A stretch of DNA of 64,000 nt from Candidatus Oxydemutatoraceae bacterium (GCA_965220085.1 CBDCOZ010000002.1:96001-160000), one strand, 5' to 3'; shown: positions 19,232 to 29,257, numbered from the stretch's first letter. Translations and numbers: made by a program. Notes: generated from the letters alone by a model not told the origin.

Positions 19232-20392
19232 CTACAGTTGTATGATGCGTTCCATCATTGCAGGCAGCGGAACGATTTCAGTACCCTGAGATGTCTGGCG
19301 GGTGTCGGCGCCGGGGTAGACGATGAAGCTACGCTTAATGCGCAGGTCGGCGCATGCTTGGCGGAAGCCTTTGGAGAGTTTGGGAGCGGAGTTGCGCTTG
19401 ATTTCTATCGCCCAGAGTTTGCCGGCGCCCATCTCCAGTATCAGGTCTATCTCGGCACCGGCGGAAGTCCGGTAGAAGAAGCTTTGGGTACCCGGCGGCA
19501 AGACGCTGTGCAGATTGTCGATGACGAAACCCTCCCAACTGGCGCCGCTTGCGGGGTGATTGAGCAGGGCGGCGATGTCTTGCAAGCCCAGCAAGGCATG
19601 CGCCATGCCGCTGTCGCGGATGTATATCTTGGGTGATTTGATCAGGCGCTTGCCGACATTGCCGTGCCACGGCGGCAGGCGACGTAGCAACAGCAACTCT
19701 TCGAGCAAACCCAGATAGCGGTTCACAGTCTGCCCGCTGATGCCAAGCGCTCTCGCCAGAGTCGCAACATTGAGCAGGCTGCCTTGGCGATGTGCGAGCG
19801 CCGCCCAGAAGCGGCGCAGCACGGGCGCCGGAATGCGCGCATCCAGTTGCGTGATGTCGCGCTCCAGATAGGCGGTGAGGAAGCGGCGGCGGCAGCCCAT
19901 GCTGCTCGCATCATCTGTGGCCAGATAACTTTCCGGAAAGCCGCCGCGCAACCACAGCCGATTGTGGTCGTCCGCATCCCGTAGCGACAGCGGGGTCATC
20001 TCCAGATAGGCTATGCGCCCCGCCAGACTTTCGCCGGGCTGGCGCAACAGCGTCCCGGACGCCGAGCCCAGAAACAGGAACTGACCATTGTCGCGGCGCT
20101 CCGGCAGGTCGCGGTCTATGATGTTGCGAATCGGCGCGAAGATGTCGGGAATCTGCTGTATCTCATCCAGTATCACCAGGCAGTCCCGATGACTGGCGCA
20201 AAACAAATCAATGTCCTCGACCTCGCTTCGGTCGGCGGGGTTTTCCAAATCCTTGTAGACCGCATCCCGCATTTTTGCTATCTGCCGCGCGAGGGCGGTC
20301 TTGCCTACCTGCCGCGGGCCCAGCAAGGCCACGGCGGGGTAGCGCCGCAGGTGATCCAGCACCTTTAGGAATAGTGACTCTCGTGCAATCAT
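19232..20392 (-). CDS. AAA_14 ATPase with DUF4143 domain
   Basis: GPRQVGKT, LDEIQ, GSAS, ESLAGR, GGFPE, KSPKIYIRDSG, EIDL..AIEIK. Confidence 0.9.
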   Translation of the reverse strand: MIARESLFLKVLDHLRRYPAVALLGPRQVGKTALARQIAKMRDAVYKDLENPADRSEVEDIDLFCASHRDCLVILDEIQQIPDIFAPIRNIIDRDLPERRDNGQFLFLGSASGTLLRQPGESLAGRIAYLEMTPLSLRDADDHNRLWLRGGFPESYLATDDASSMGCRRRFLTAYLERDITQLDARIPAPVLRRFWAALAHRQGSLLNVATLARALGISGQTVNRYLGLLEELLLLRRLPPWHGNVGKRLIKSPKIYIRDSGMAHALLGLQDIAALLNHPASGASWEGFVIDNLHSVLPPGTQSFFYRTSAGAEIDLILEMGAGKLWAIEIKRNSAPKLSKGFRQACADLRIKRSFIVYPGADTRQTSQGTEIVPLPAMMERIIQL

Positions 20393-20520
20393 CCTTGCAA
20401 TCCTATAAGCATGGTTGCAATATTGCAAGGATTAGCGGGCTGGTATGTGAGGGCAATGCAAGATTTTCACTCCTCCGCAAGGGGAAGTGATGGGCTACGG
20501 CGGGCGAATATTTCGCAGGT

Positions 20521-20552
20521 AACTATAAAAAAGTCTTGACTTTTTTATAGTT
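20521..20552. promoter_or_regulatory. Perfect 32-bp palindrome (operator-like) upstream of the ATPase gene
   Basis: aactataaaaaagtc-tt-gacttttttatagtt; homologue at 24312-24339. Confidence 0.6.
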
Positions 20553-20623
20553 CGGTATGAAAAAGTCAGGCGCCGGATGCGCTGGGGAGAGGCGTATCGC
20601 CTGCGCTGCGGATGTATGCGGGA

Positions 20624-21166
20624 CTATACTCTCCCCTCGCGGGAGAGTCGGCAAGCGTAGTGCGCCGGAGAGGGGGAAAGCTCTCGCAAGATGCCTAGTG
20701 GCAATGTGCAAGATGTCCGGTTCTGTCTCCGGGAGTATCCGGACAAAGAAATTTTAATTCTTGTTTTCCGCCTGTTTTCTCGAATTTTTTCCAGACGGCA
20801 CACGGCTTCGGCTTGCGCTGCCTCCAAGCTGCTGGCGGACAATAACTTGGCGACGTCGTCTCGGCATTTCGCCGATCGCTTATACCCATTCCCTGCCGCA
20901 ATGGAATACCAGATATATGCCTCCTTATAGTTTTGTGCAACGCTCTGACCGTTGACATACATCAAGCCGAGATTGTTTTGTGCGCTGGCGTCCCCCTGTT
21001 CGGCGGCGCGTCGATACCATTTCACCGCTTTCTTATAATCTTGCTCAACGCCTTTGCCAGCTAAACACATCCAGCCGAGCTCAAATTGCGCTTTGGCATC
21101 CCCCGCTTTTGCTTTTTCTCTGGTTTCGTCAAAAGAACCACCTGTCGAGGGCGTTTCATTTTTCAA
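20624..21166 (-). pseudogene. Truncated Sel1-repeat gene (paralogue B) with a frameshift near the 3' end
   Basis: Two Sel1 repeats and the shared AYIWYSIAAGNG..AQAEA tail; no TM N-terminus; one A is missing near 20776 relative to the paralogue ends, so the frame runs into the REP element. Confidence 0.7.
20628..20780. repeat. REP element plus sel1 3' flank, direct repeat of 27884-28030
   Basis: ctctcccctcgcgggagagtcggcaagcgtag..gcaagatgcctagtggcaatgtgcaagatgtccggttct shared by both sites. Confidence 0.85.
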
Positions 21167-21206
21167 TTTGTCGGAACGGCGGAAAACCGGAAATAATGTC
21201 CGAACC

Positions 21207-21241
21207 CTTGTCGTTCCCAAGTACCGCTTGGGAACGACAAG
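21207..21241. terminator. 15-bp-stem hairpin just downstream of the Imm gene (terminator or REP-type)
   Basis: cttgtcgttcccaag-taccg-cttgggaacgacaag; no clear U-tract. Confidence 0.5.
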
Positions 21242-21246
21242 AACGG

Positions 21247-21543
21247 TTAATTGTCCGCCCGCGGATGCCCACAGCCGGGACACGCAGTCGCATGCGGTGA
21301 AATTTTCTTGCCGCACATCTGACACGCAATAAGCGAACTCGACGAATCCTGCTCCTCTCTGGTTTCTTTGGGCCTTGTGTTATCGCTACAAGCCAAAGCC
21401 AAAGCGATAGCCCAACCGACCCCAGTCCATCCGAGGAAAAAATTGACGACAAATATCGGCGCGGTGTTTTTGTGCTCGCGGTTCGCTGCGACTATCGTCG
21501 GCAGAAAGTAAAGTGCGATGGCGATGGGGATGAGAAATTCCAT
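21247..21543 (-). CDS. Superinfection immunity (T4 Imm-like) membrane protein with C-terminal zinc ribbon
   Basis: LYFLPTIVA..R.H.N..IFVVNFFLGWTGVGW..AL, then CQMC..CPGC. Confidence 0.85.
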   Translation of the reverse strand: MEFLIPIAIALYFLPTIVAANREHKNTAPIFVVNFFLGWTGVGWAIALALACSDNTRPKETREEQDSSSSLIACQMCGKKISPHATACPGCGHPRADN

Positions 21544-21606
21544 TTTTGATCAGTGGGAATTGAATGGGATGGACACCGATTTGGAGGGATTCTATCATAA
21601 AATGAG

Positions 21607-21662
21607 TGTTTGATGCCATGTGACATATTGGACATGGGGCAAATATTGTGTGTGTCATGGGT
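21607..21662 (+). repeat. ~55-bp element with an inverted homologue at 38545-38600
   Basis: tgatgccatgtgacatattggacatggggcaaatattgtgtgtgtcatgggt. Confidence 0.75.
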
Positions 21663-21957
21663 GATTGAGGCTCTTATTGTAATCCTCTATGATTTTGTGG
21701 GCCATTTCCTTTGTGAGTGCGCCAGTTACGGCATCTTTGGGCACCTCATGGCTCACCTCCTTGTCCATATGGCGCTCCCGCAACTCCGCGCACAATCGCT
21801 CTGGCTTATCGTACAGGCTAGCTCGGGCAAGCTGAGAAAGCATATCTTGGATTGCGGTTACTTCCCCATCGGTCAGCCCACCGCCGAAGACCGCACTTGT
21901 CAGGCGGGTACCTTTGTTTACCTGCCCTCTTATCCGTTCCTTAAAAGTCTGTGCCAT
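21655..21957 (-). CDS. Hypothetical protein
   Basis: About 100-aa ORF downstream of the methylase; no motif recognised. Confidence 0.45.
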   Translation of the reverse strand: MAQTFKERIRGQVNKGTRLTSAVFGGGLTDGEVTAIQDMLSQLARASLYDKPERLCAELRERHMDKEVSHEVPKDAVTGALTKEMAHKIIEDYNKSLNHP

Positions 21958-22000
21958 TTCCCCATCTGTGGCCCCCTGCAACTGCGCCGCCGCGGGATGG

Positions 22001-22915
22001 TCATCGCGCCGCCGGGCATTGCCCGCCGTCCATCCATGACAGGTCGCGGGAGATTGCGAGTTCGGTCATGGTGGCATGATGGGTGTTTTTCATCGCCACC
22101 GGGCGCGCCGCAAAGCCGTATTTGGCGGCCAGCTGCCGCACCTCAGGGGCGTTGTTGTGGGTCATCACAAAGTCGCCGGACAGGGCGGCGCACAGGGCAA
22201 ACAGGCGGTCGTGGTCCAGGCTGTGGTGCGCATACAGGCGGCGGCCGGCATTTTTGCCGCCGGCGGTGTATGGCGGGTCTATGAAGAATGCGGCATCGGC
22301 GTCGGCGGCATGGCGGCGGAGGCAGGCCATGCCATCGCCATGCTCAAAGCGCAGGTGATGGCGCATCCGACAGATGGCGCGCAACCTTTTGGCCAGGGTC
22401 TGCGGATACCATCTGGAGGCCAGCCCGCGGCCGCCCTCGCCGGCCCTGGTCAGCCCGGAGCCAGCGGCCAGTATGCCGCCGTGCAGGGTGCGATTGCGCA
22501 CTATGGTCTGGAATGCGCGCTCCCTGAGGCAGCCGGGCTGCGCCCGAATGACTGCGATGACCGCATCCCTGGACATCTCAAATGCCAGTATGCGCCGGGC
22601 CAGCCACTCGCCATCGCCGGCCATCAGCGTCTGCCAGACCGCCGCCACCGCATCGTCCAGCTCCACCATCAGGGCGCGCCCGACCAGGCCCTCGGCCACC
22701 GCCGTCAGCGAGATTATGCCGCCCCCGGCAAAGGGCTCCACCAGCAACGGCGGCCGCGCCCGGCGCGCGCCCAGCCATTGGCGCAGACGCGGCACAAACC
22801 AGGTCTTGCCGCCGGCATAGCGAAACGGGCTGCGATGCGGCACAGAGGCCGGATTGACCAGATTGGCGGGAGAGGAGACCTCATGCACACCATCAAAAAG
22901 AGCGGCCTGTTGCAC
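22001..22915 (-). CDS. Dam-like (D12 class) DNA adenine methyltransferase
   Basis: SPFRYAGGKTW, EPFAGGG, FFIDPPY; probable GTG start at 22915, ORF open to 22948. Confidence 0.9.
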   Translation of the reverse strand: MQQAALFDGVHEVSSPANLVNPASVPHRSPFRYAGGKTWFVPRLRQWLGARRARPPLLVEPFAGGGIISLTAVAEGLVGRALMVELDDAVAAVWQTLMAGDGEWLARRILAFEMSRDAVIAVIRAQPGCLRERAFQTIVRNRTLHGGILAAGSGLTRAGEGGRGLASRWYPQTLAKRLRAICRMRHHLRFEHGDGMACLRRHAADADAAFFIDPPYTAGGKNAGRRLYAHHSLDHDRLFALCAALSGDFVMTHNNAPEVRQLAAKYGFAARPVAMKNTHHATMTELAISRDLSWMDGGQCPAAR

Positions 22916-22917
22916 GG

Positions 22918-23810
22918 CTAATTGCCCCCCAGAGGGGAATCCATGCACCTGTTCACAGGCTCGACTTCCAGCTTTTCGTCCACTTTGGCCTGCAAGGTGC
23001 CAAGAAATGCATCTATTCTACCCACTTTTGGCCGGGTTATGCCACGCAGAGCGGCATCAAATTTTGTATGCAGGGTTTTATGGTGCCGCAGCGTATAGCC
23101 GCCATTGTCCGGTGCCATCTCCAGCCGGTAAACAAGCCATGCCATATCAGCATCCGCCTGTGGTACCGCCTCCATCTCTGGCAGGGTATTGAAAAACGGC
23201 TCGTCCATGGCGACCGCCATTTTCTTGCCCCAAGCATGAAAAATGGCACCCTTGAACATCAGTTGAGGTGCCAGCCGCTTGCGGGAGGATGACAAGAAAT
23301 CCGGTCTGGGGTAGTTGGGCTGGTCGCGCCAATCCATCAGTGCGCGCCCTTGGCAGTCTTCCATGTAATGGGCAAAGGGTCTTCGCACATTGCCGATATG
23401 TACACTGCCTGAATCTCAAGGGCACCAAAATCGCAGACTCTGCCATGCTCGTTGTATGCAACCAGAATCATATCCACATTGCCAGCAGATTGGCCATTGC
23501 CATCAGCCAGCCGCACCTCGGTAAGCGAAGTCCAACGGGCACCATTGGGGAAGAAGAAACGCGCCGCATCATCGGCTATAAGCCAATCCTCACGGAAGCG
23601 AATCGGGCAAGTTATAACGGTCCCCGCATCACTGTTTATGCTACAAATGCCCAGAGGGTCTTTGGCCTTGTCCTTGGTGCAGTTTGGCACCTTGTTGTTG
23701 AACGGGCATAGCTTGTTTGTGCGAAACCGCCTGGCCCTGTCGCTGGCATCTGCCGGCAGATGCCCGAACACCTCAGCCAAGGGATGCTTTGGCTCTCCCG
23801 AATACGGCAT
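22918..23810 (-). pseudogene. NotI-family restriction endonuclease, frameshifted
   Basis: Cys motif CPF..C.K..PLGICS..CPIRF, EV..AGNVD, EIQAVYIS, then RPDFLSSSRKRLAPQL..KG in another frame; one added G near 23394 restores ISGNVRRPF. Confidence 0.8.
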
Positions 23811-24265
23811 CAGCCCATGATGGGGTGCTGAGTGGCGGTCGCCGCACTGGTCTCGGCTGTCTGTAGCATGGCGTTTGCCAGCTCCGGGGTGCGGCGCACG
23901 GGCTGGTCTGCCAGCGAGTCGCCGGTCTTGCGAAAGGCATCCAGCCGCGCGCTGCCGGTCACCAGCAGAGCCGGGGGCAGACCTTCCACATCGCAGATGC
24001 CCTTCAGCCAGGCTTTCCAGCCGTGCCTCTTGTGCAGTTCATCAAAGATTATCAGGGCGCGCTGCCTGTCCCAACTCTTGTCGCGAAGCACTTGCCGATG
24101 CTCGGCCGAATCATAGTTGATGTATTGATAATCCGACTCCAACATGCGTGCCAAAGTGGTTTTGCCGCACTGACGCGGCCCGGTGACCAGAGCTATCTTG
24201 TCTGCCAGTGCTTCGGCTAGCGGCTGTTGCAGATATCGCGGGACGGGGTTGTCGGCGTTTATCAT
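23810..24265 (-). pseudogene. 5' fragment of an AAA_14 ATPase fused to an unrelated tail
   Basis: GPRQCGKT, FDELHK, TGSA, GDSLA, then homology stops at about 125 aa. Confidence 0.75.
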
Positions 24266-24293
24266 GTGTTGCGTTTGTGGCGTTGAATTATGC

Positions 24294-24339
24294 TGACTAT
24301 TTTATGGTTAGCTATAAAATAGTCAAGACTTTTTTATAG
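24294..24339. promoter_or_regulatory. Overlapping palindromes upstream of the truncated ATPase
   Basis: tgactattttat..ataaaatagtca and ctataaaatagtc-aa-gacttttttatag. Confidence 0.55.
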
Positions 24340-24715
24340 TTGGGTGGCAAAAAGTCAAGCTCTGAATATGCTGGCGAGAGGCGTATTGCTTGTGCTACGG
24401 GCATATGCGGTATGGTAGTGTCGGTGGTGTCTTAGCTATGCGCACATTGGCGCAACCGGATGTTACCGCAGACAAGCATTGGAACCTTGTTTGCAGAAAA
24501 TGGATGGGGTGGCTTATAATTTTCCGCATGAAGAGCGAGTTCACGCAATCCATTTCTGACACACCGCGTTTCGCCGATAGTGCGGATACCGGTGTTTTCC
24601 AAACAGACTGCCCTGCACAAGGCAATGCGCATCGTTCCGTCGGAGGAAAAGGATTCGGTAGTACTGGGTCAGAGTGGAAAGCGATGCATGAGACAATGAC
24701 AATGGAGATGAAACA

Positions 24716-26587
24716 ATGAGCAACAACATCGATGCCGGCACGAAAACTGTCAGGATGGTCCTCGGACAAAAATACTCCGTGGATTTCTACCAGCGGGAAT
24801 ACAAGTGGAGAGACAAGCAAGTCGAAGAGTTGGTGAACGACTTGGTGGGCGCTTTCATTCCTCAGTGGGCGCCGGAGCACGATTCGCAGATGATTCGCAA
24901 CTATCGCGGCTACTTTCTTGGCTCCATAATCGTGAGCGACCGCGACGGCATTCATTATATTGTGGATGGGCAACAACGCCTCACTACCTTGACTCTGCTG
25001 CTTATCGCTCTGCTCGGCAGGATGGACGAAGAGCGGCGGGGACAGCTGGCGGACCTCATCCGCTCTGTTCAATTCGGAGAGAAGAAATTCAATCTGGATA
25101 TCCCAGAGCGGGAGGAATGTCTTACCGCTCTTTACGATGGGGCCCCCTTTGACGAGGAGGGGCAACCCGAGTCCGTCCGCAACATTTTGCGGCGGTATCG
25201 GGAGATTGAAGATTTGCTGGATGGGCTCAAGGCGGATGAGGAGGATTTCCCGTTTCCCTATTTTGCCGATTGGCTGATTGAGTTGGTGTGCCTTGTGGAA
25301 ATCAAGGCTACTTCGGACGAGGATGCCTACACCGTCTTTGAGACAATGAACGATCGTGGCCTGTCGCTCACGCCGACCGAAATGCTGAAAGGGTATCTTC
25401 TGGCCAAAATCCCTGATTCGGAAACTCGCAGAGAAGCAGAGGGTGTCTGGAAGGAGCAGGTGGGTAAGCTTGTGGATTACGGCAAGGACGAGGACGCTGA
25501 CGCTATTAAAGCATGGTTGCGCGGACGACATGCGAACAGCATTCGCGAGCGCAAGCGCAACGCCGCACCTCGGGATTTTGACCGCATCGGGTCGGAATTC
25601 CATCGCTGGGTTCGGGACAAAGAACGTGTCCTCGAGCTGAAAAGCAGCTGCGACTTTAAGCGCTTTATCGCCAAAGAATTTAAATTCTACTCGGATTGGT
25701 ATCTCCGCCTGCGCCGTGCGGCGGACGATATTTCCACCGCCGGAGATGACGGTTTGGAAAGTGTCTGCCACAATGCCGAATTCAGGTTCACTTTGCAATA
25801 CCCGGCATTGTTGGCCGTGTTGTCCCCGGACGAATCAGACGCTATCGCGCTACCCAAGTTGCGGGTGACCTCCGCATATCTGGATATCTTGATTCACCGT
25901 CGCATCTGGAGCGGAAGAACCATCAGTTACAGCGCGATGACTTACGCGATGTACCTTCTGATGCGCGAATTGCGCAATAAGGATGCGCACGCCATTGCCG
26001 AATGCCTTGTCGATCGGCTGGATGATCCGTTCATGTCTGCGGATGTTTTTTCAAAACATCCGCACTTCCGCTTGCACGGACAAAACAAGCCCGCAGTGCG
26101 CCGCATACTCGCTCGCATAACTGCTGTGTTGGAGCAGTGGGCGACCGGTGAGAATTATATCCAACGCTACGCAGAGTACGCGAAATACGAGATCGAACAC
26201 ATCTGGGCGGATAAGTTCGCACAGCACAGGCACGATTCCGAGTTTGATAATGAAACTGATTTTTATGAATTCCGTAATCGCATTGGCGGATTGTTGCTTC
26301 TCCGCAAGTCAGATAACGCCTCCTACAATGACAAGCCCTATGCCGGGGCTGATGGCAAGCGAGAGTTCTACCTTCGCCAGAACCTGCTGGCCCAATCCTT
26401 GCACGAAAAATGCTATGAGAATAATCCGGGGTTTTTGCGCCGCACAAAGGACAAATACAACTTACCGTTCAAGCCGCACTCGGAATTTAAGAAAAGCGAC
26501 TTGGAAGAGCGGCAGGCGCTGTATGTCCAAATCGCCGAGCAGATTTGGAACCCTGCTCGCCTATTGGAATTGGCGAACGGGGATTAA
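24716..26587 (+). CDS. DUF262-DUF1524 protein (GmrSD-like modification-dependent restriction)
   Basis: YQREYKW, YFLGSI, VDGQQRLTT, FETMNDRG, and C-terminal IEHI..IGGLLLL..N HNH-like motif. Confidence 0.9.
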   Translation: MSNNIDAGTKTVRMVLGQKYSVDFYQREYKWRDKQVEELVNDLVGAFIPQWAPEHDSQMIRNYRGYFLGSIIVSDRDGIHYIVDGQQRLTTLTLLLIALLGRMDEERRGQLADLIRSVQFGEKKFNLDIPEREECLTALYDGAPFDEEGQPESVRNILRRYREIEDLLDGLKADEEDFPFPYFADWLIELVCLVEIKATSDEDAYTVFETMNDRGLSLTPTEMLKGYLLAKIPDSETRREAEGVWKEQVGKLVDYGKDEDADAIKAWLRGRHANSIRERKRNAAPRDFDRIGSEFHRWVRDKERVLELKSSCDFKRFIAKEFKFYSDWYLRLRRAADDISTAGDDGLESVCHNAEFRFTLQYPALLAVLSPDESDAIALPKLRVTSAYLDILIHRRIWSGRTISYSAMTYAMYLLMRELRNKDAHAIAECLVDRLDDPFMSADVFSKHPHFRLHGQNKPAVRRILARITAVLEQWATGENYIQRYAEYAKYEIEHIWADKFAQHRHDSEFDNETDFYEFRNRIGGLLLLRKSDNASYNDKPYAGADGKREFYLRQNLLAQSLHEKCYENNPGFLRRTKDKYNLPFKPHSEFKKSDLEERQALYVQIAEQIWNPARLLELANGD

Positions 26588-26611
26588 GTGCGGATGCGAT
26601 GCGTGCTTCCG

Positions 26612-27817
26612 TCAGTTTGACGGAGGGCGGCTTCTTAGCACCACGGTCACATGCGTCTCGCGCACCCGGAATTCCGGGGCGGGGTTGCCGTTGCGCTCCA
26701 TCGAGCGGCGGATGGCGCCGATGCCGAAGCCGAAGCGCTCGATCAACTCCGCTGCCCGCATCGCTTCCGCTAACTTTCTGTTGCGATAATCGGTCAATCC
26801 TTCCTCTCCGAAACTGTCGGCGGTCACCCGTCCGTAAGGCCCGCCGGGGTTGCGGATTTCCACGCGGTCTTCAAACCAGTAGCATTGGGTTGGCGCGTTA
26901 GTGCCTTCGTAAGAGCGATGTAAAACCGCGTTACGGATGGCTTGTTGCAGAGCGATGAAAGGATAGTCGGGAGAATCCACCCGATGTTTTTCGCCGATGA
27001 CGGCCGAAGTTCGGATGTGGGTTTTCATTAGCGATTCAATGTCGCTGATTTGCTGAAAGACTGTTCCATGAATTTGCTTGTGATCAATGGCCTCAGCGGC
27101 GGAAACAATGTCTGTCCCGGGACAGCGCAGGAATTGAATGTAAGCGCCGCCCAGCCACTCTTGTGGCTCCTTGCCAAAGCATAAGATTCCGGCGTTATTG
27201 ACATTGCCTGCGGTGTTCATGAATCCGAGGGATTGCAGTTGGCGGGAAATGTCGCGATTGTTTTCGGCGAGCGTGTCCGCCGACACCGCCTTGGTTAAGT
27301 AGTCCTGAAACGCATACGGGTTCAAGTCGTTCGGCGCGGCGGGCGGACGGGCGGGACGCTGGTCAAAAGTCAGGTCGGCGGCGACGCGTTTTTCATTCAG
27401 ACGGACTTCATCATTGGGGCTGGCGATGGCCGCGCTGGAGCCAATGCGAACCCAACAGCGTCCGTCATAGCGCACTGGCGGATCAATAACGGGCTCCACA
27501 ATCACAACGGCGACATCCGCGCCTTGCAAGTGTCGCTTTTGCGCCGTCATGGTCGGTAGCGGGAGAATCTTTTTGTTGTGTCGCAATCCCGTCAGCATCC
27601 GCAGGAGGTCATCGTCCACGGGCAACTGCCCGGTCGGCTCGCCCTTGTCGTTCACCCCGATGAAAAGGATGCCCGGCTTGCCGTGACCGGACAGGTCGTT
27701 CGCAAAGGCGCAAATCGCCTTGCAGAGTTTGTCCGTATCCGTTTCGGACACGGCAAACCCTGCCCGCTCGGACTCCCCCTCGCACAGAAACTCTAGCAGT
27801 TGTTCGTCGGTCAGCAT
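26612..27817 (-). CDS. AlbA_2/Schlafen-domain ATP-binding protein with RecG-C/HATPase-like C-terminus
   Basis: ICAFAND..G.LFIGVNDKG, NAVLHRSY, EIRNPGG, YRN.KLA, IERFGFGI; TATAAT 6 nt before the ATG. Confidence 0.85.
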   Translation of the reverse strand: MLTDEQLLEFLCEGESERAGFAVSETDTDKLCKAICAFANDLSGHGKPGILFIGVNDKGEPTGQLPVDDDLLRMLTGLRHNKKILPLPTMTAQKRHLQGADVAVVIVEPVIDPPVRYDGRCWVRIGSSAAIASPNDEVRLNEKRVAADLTFDQRPARPPAAPNDLNPYAFQDYLTKAVSADTLAENNRDISRQLQSLGFMNTAGNVNNAGILCFGKEPQEWLGGAYIQFLRCPGTDIVSAAEAIDHKQIHGTVFQQISDIESLMKTHIRTSAVIGEKHRVDSPDYPFIALQQAIRNAVLHRSYEGTNAPTQCYWFEDRVEIRNPGGPYGRVTADSFGEEGLTDYRNRKLAEAMRAAELIERFGFGIGAIRRSMERNGNPAPEFRVRETHVTVVLRSRPPSN

Positions 27818-27883
27818 TTGGGAATTATAACGACCTCGCAATTCAACCGGCGCTTGTGGCCATAGCACTCGCACGAACCTGCA

Positions 27884-28030
27884 CTCTCCCCTCGCGGGAG
27901 AGTCGGCAAGCGTAGCGCGCCGGAGAGGGGAATCTTTCGCAAGATGCCTAGTGGCAATGTGCAAGATGTCCGGTTCTATCCCCGGGAGTATCCGGATAAA
28001 GAGATCTTATTCTTCGCTCTTCGCCTGTTT
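27884..28030. repeat. REP element plus sel1 3' flank, direct repeat of 20628-20780
   Basis: Same ~150-nt sequence as at 20628. Confidence 0.85.
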
Positions 28031-29257
28031 CTCTCGGATTTTCTCTAGGCGGCGCGTAGCTTCGGCTTGCGCTTGTGCCAAATCACCAGCAGATAATAAC
28101 TTGGCATTATTATTCCGGTATTTCACTGAGTCTTCCTCCCCATTCGCCGCTGCAATGGAGTGCCAGATATACGCTTCCTTGTAGTTTTGCGCAACGCCCT
28201 GACCCTTGTGATACATCACGCCGAGATTAAATTGTGCATCGGCGGTTCCCTGTTCGGCAGCAAGGCGATACCACTTTACCGCCTCCTTATCGTTTTGCAC
28301 GACGCCCTGACCGTTGTCATACATCACGCCGAGATTAAATTGTGCATCGGCATCTCCCTGTTCGGCAGCGCGTCGATACCACTTTACCGCCTCTTTATCG
28401 TTTTGCACGACGCCCTGACCGTTGTCATACATCACGCCGAGATTAAATTGTGCATCGGCATCTCCCTGTTTGGCAGCAAGGCGATACCACTTCATCGCCT
28501 CCGCATAATCTTGCGCAACGCCCTGACCGTCGTGATACATCAAGCCGAGATTGTTTTGTGCGATGGCGGTTCCCTGTTCGGCAGCAAGGCGATACCACTT
28601 GAGCGCTTGCGCAAAATCTTTCTCAACGCCTTGTCCGTTTTGATACATCACGCCAAGATTAAATTGCGCATTGGTATGTCCCTGTTCGGCGGCGCGTCGA
28701 AGCCATCTCTCCGCTTCCTTATAGTCTTGCACAACGCTTTGGCCGTTGTAATACATCACACCGAGATCATTTTGTGCTTTAGCGTCTCCCGCTTCCGCCT
28801 TTTCTTTGATTTCGGCGAAAGAATCACCTTCCGCGGCTGTCTTGGCTATTGGTTCTGCCCCACTTTTCTCTTTATCAGTGGTAGCCGAATCAGACGCTGG
28901 ATCTTTTGTGGTTAATCTCTCATCTACTTTTGTCTTCTCAAGAGAGGCGGTTGTCGTAGACTTCTGTTCCAACATATGTCGTTTCGGGTAGGCCTCTATG
29001 CCTCCACCTCCAATTTTCTTTATTCGGCTAATAGTTTCGCTTACTTCCTCGTAGAATTTGTTCACGAACCAGACGAGAACTCCGACGATTATGATGGTGA
29101 CAACAACGGGTGAGGACAGACTAGAGTCCACCAGCTGGATGAATTCGTCTTGGATTCCGATGAGGTTAGCGAGCCAGAGAGAAAGGAAAGCGACGGCGAC
29201 AAAAACGACGACGGCGAGCGCAATGGTGAAAACGACGATGGCGATTCTTTTGTACAT
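28007..29257 (-). CDS. Sel1-repeat membrane-anchored protein (paralogue C)
   Basis: N-terminus homologous to paralogue A (FLSLWLA..IGIQD.F..LV), about six Sel1 repeats, two of them nearly identical at DNA level. Confidence 0.92.
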   Translation of the reverse strand: MYKRIAIVVFTIALAVVVFVAVAFLSLWLANLIGIQDEFIQLVDSSLSSPVVVTIIIVGVLVWFVNKFYEEVSETISRIKKIGGGGIEAYPKRHMLEQKSTTTASLEKTKVDERLTTKDPASDSATTDKEKSGAEPIAKTAAEGDSFAEIKEKAEAGDAKAQNDLGVMYYNGQSVVQDYKEAERWLRRAAEQGHTNAQFNLGVMYQNGQGVEKDFAQALKWYRLAAEQGTAIAQNNLGLMYHDGQGVAQDYAEAMKWYRLAAKQGDADAQFNLGVMYDNGQGVVQNDKEAVKWYRRAAEQGDADAQFNLGVMYDNGQGVVQNDKEAVKWYRLAAEQGTADAQFNLGVMYHKGQGVAQNYKEAYIWHSIAAANGEEDSVKYRNNNAKLLSAGDLAQAQAEATRRLEKIREKQAKSEE

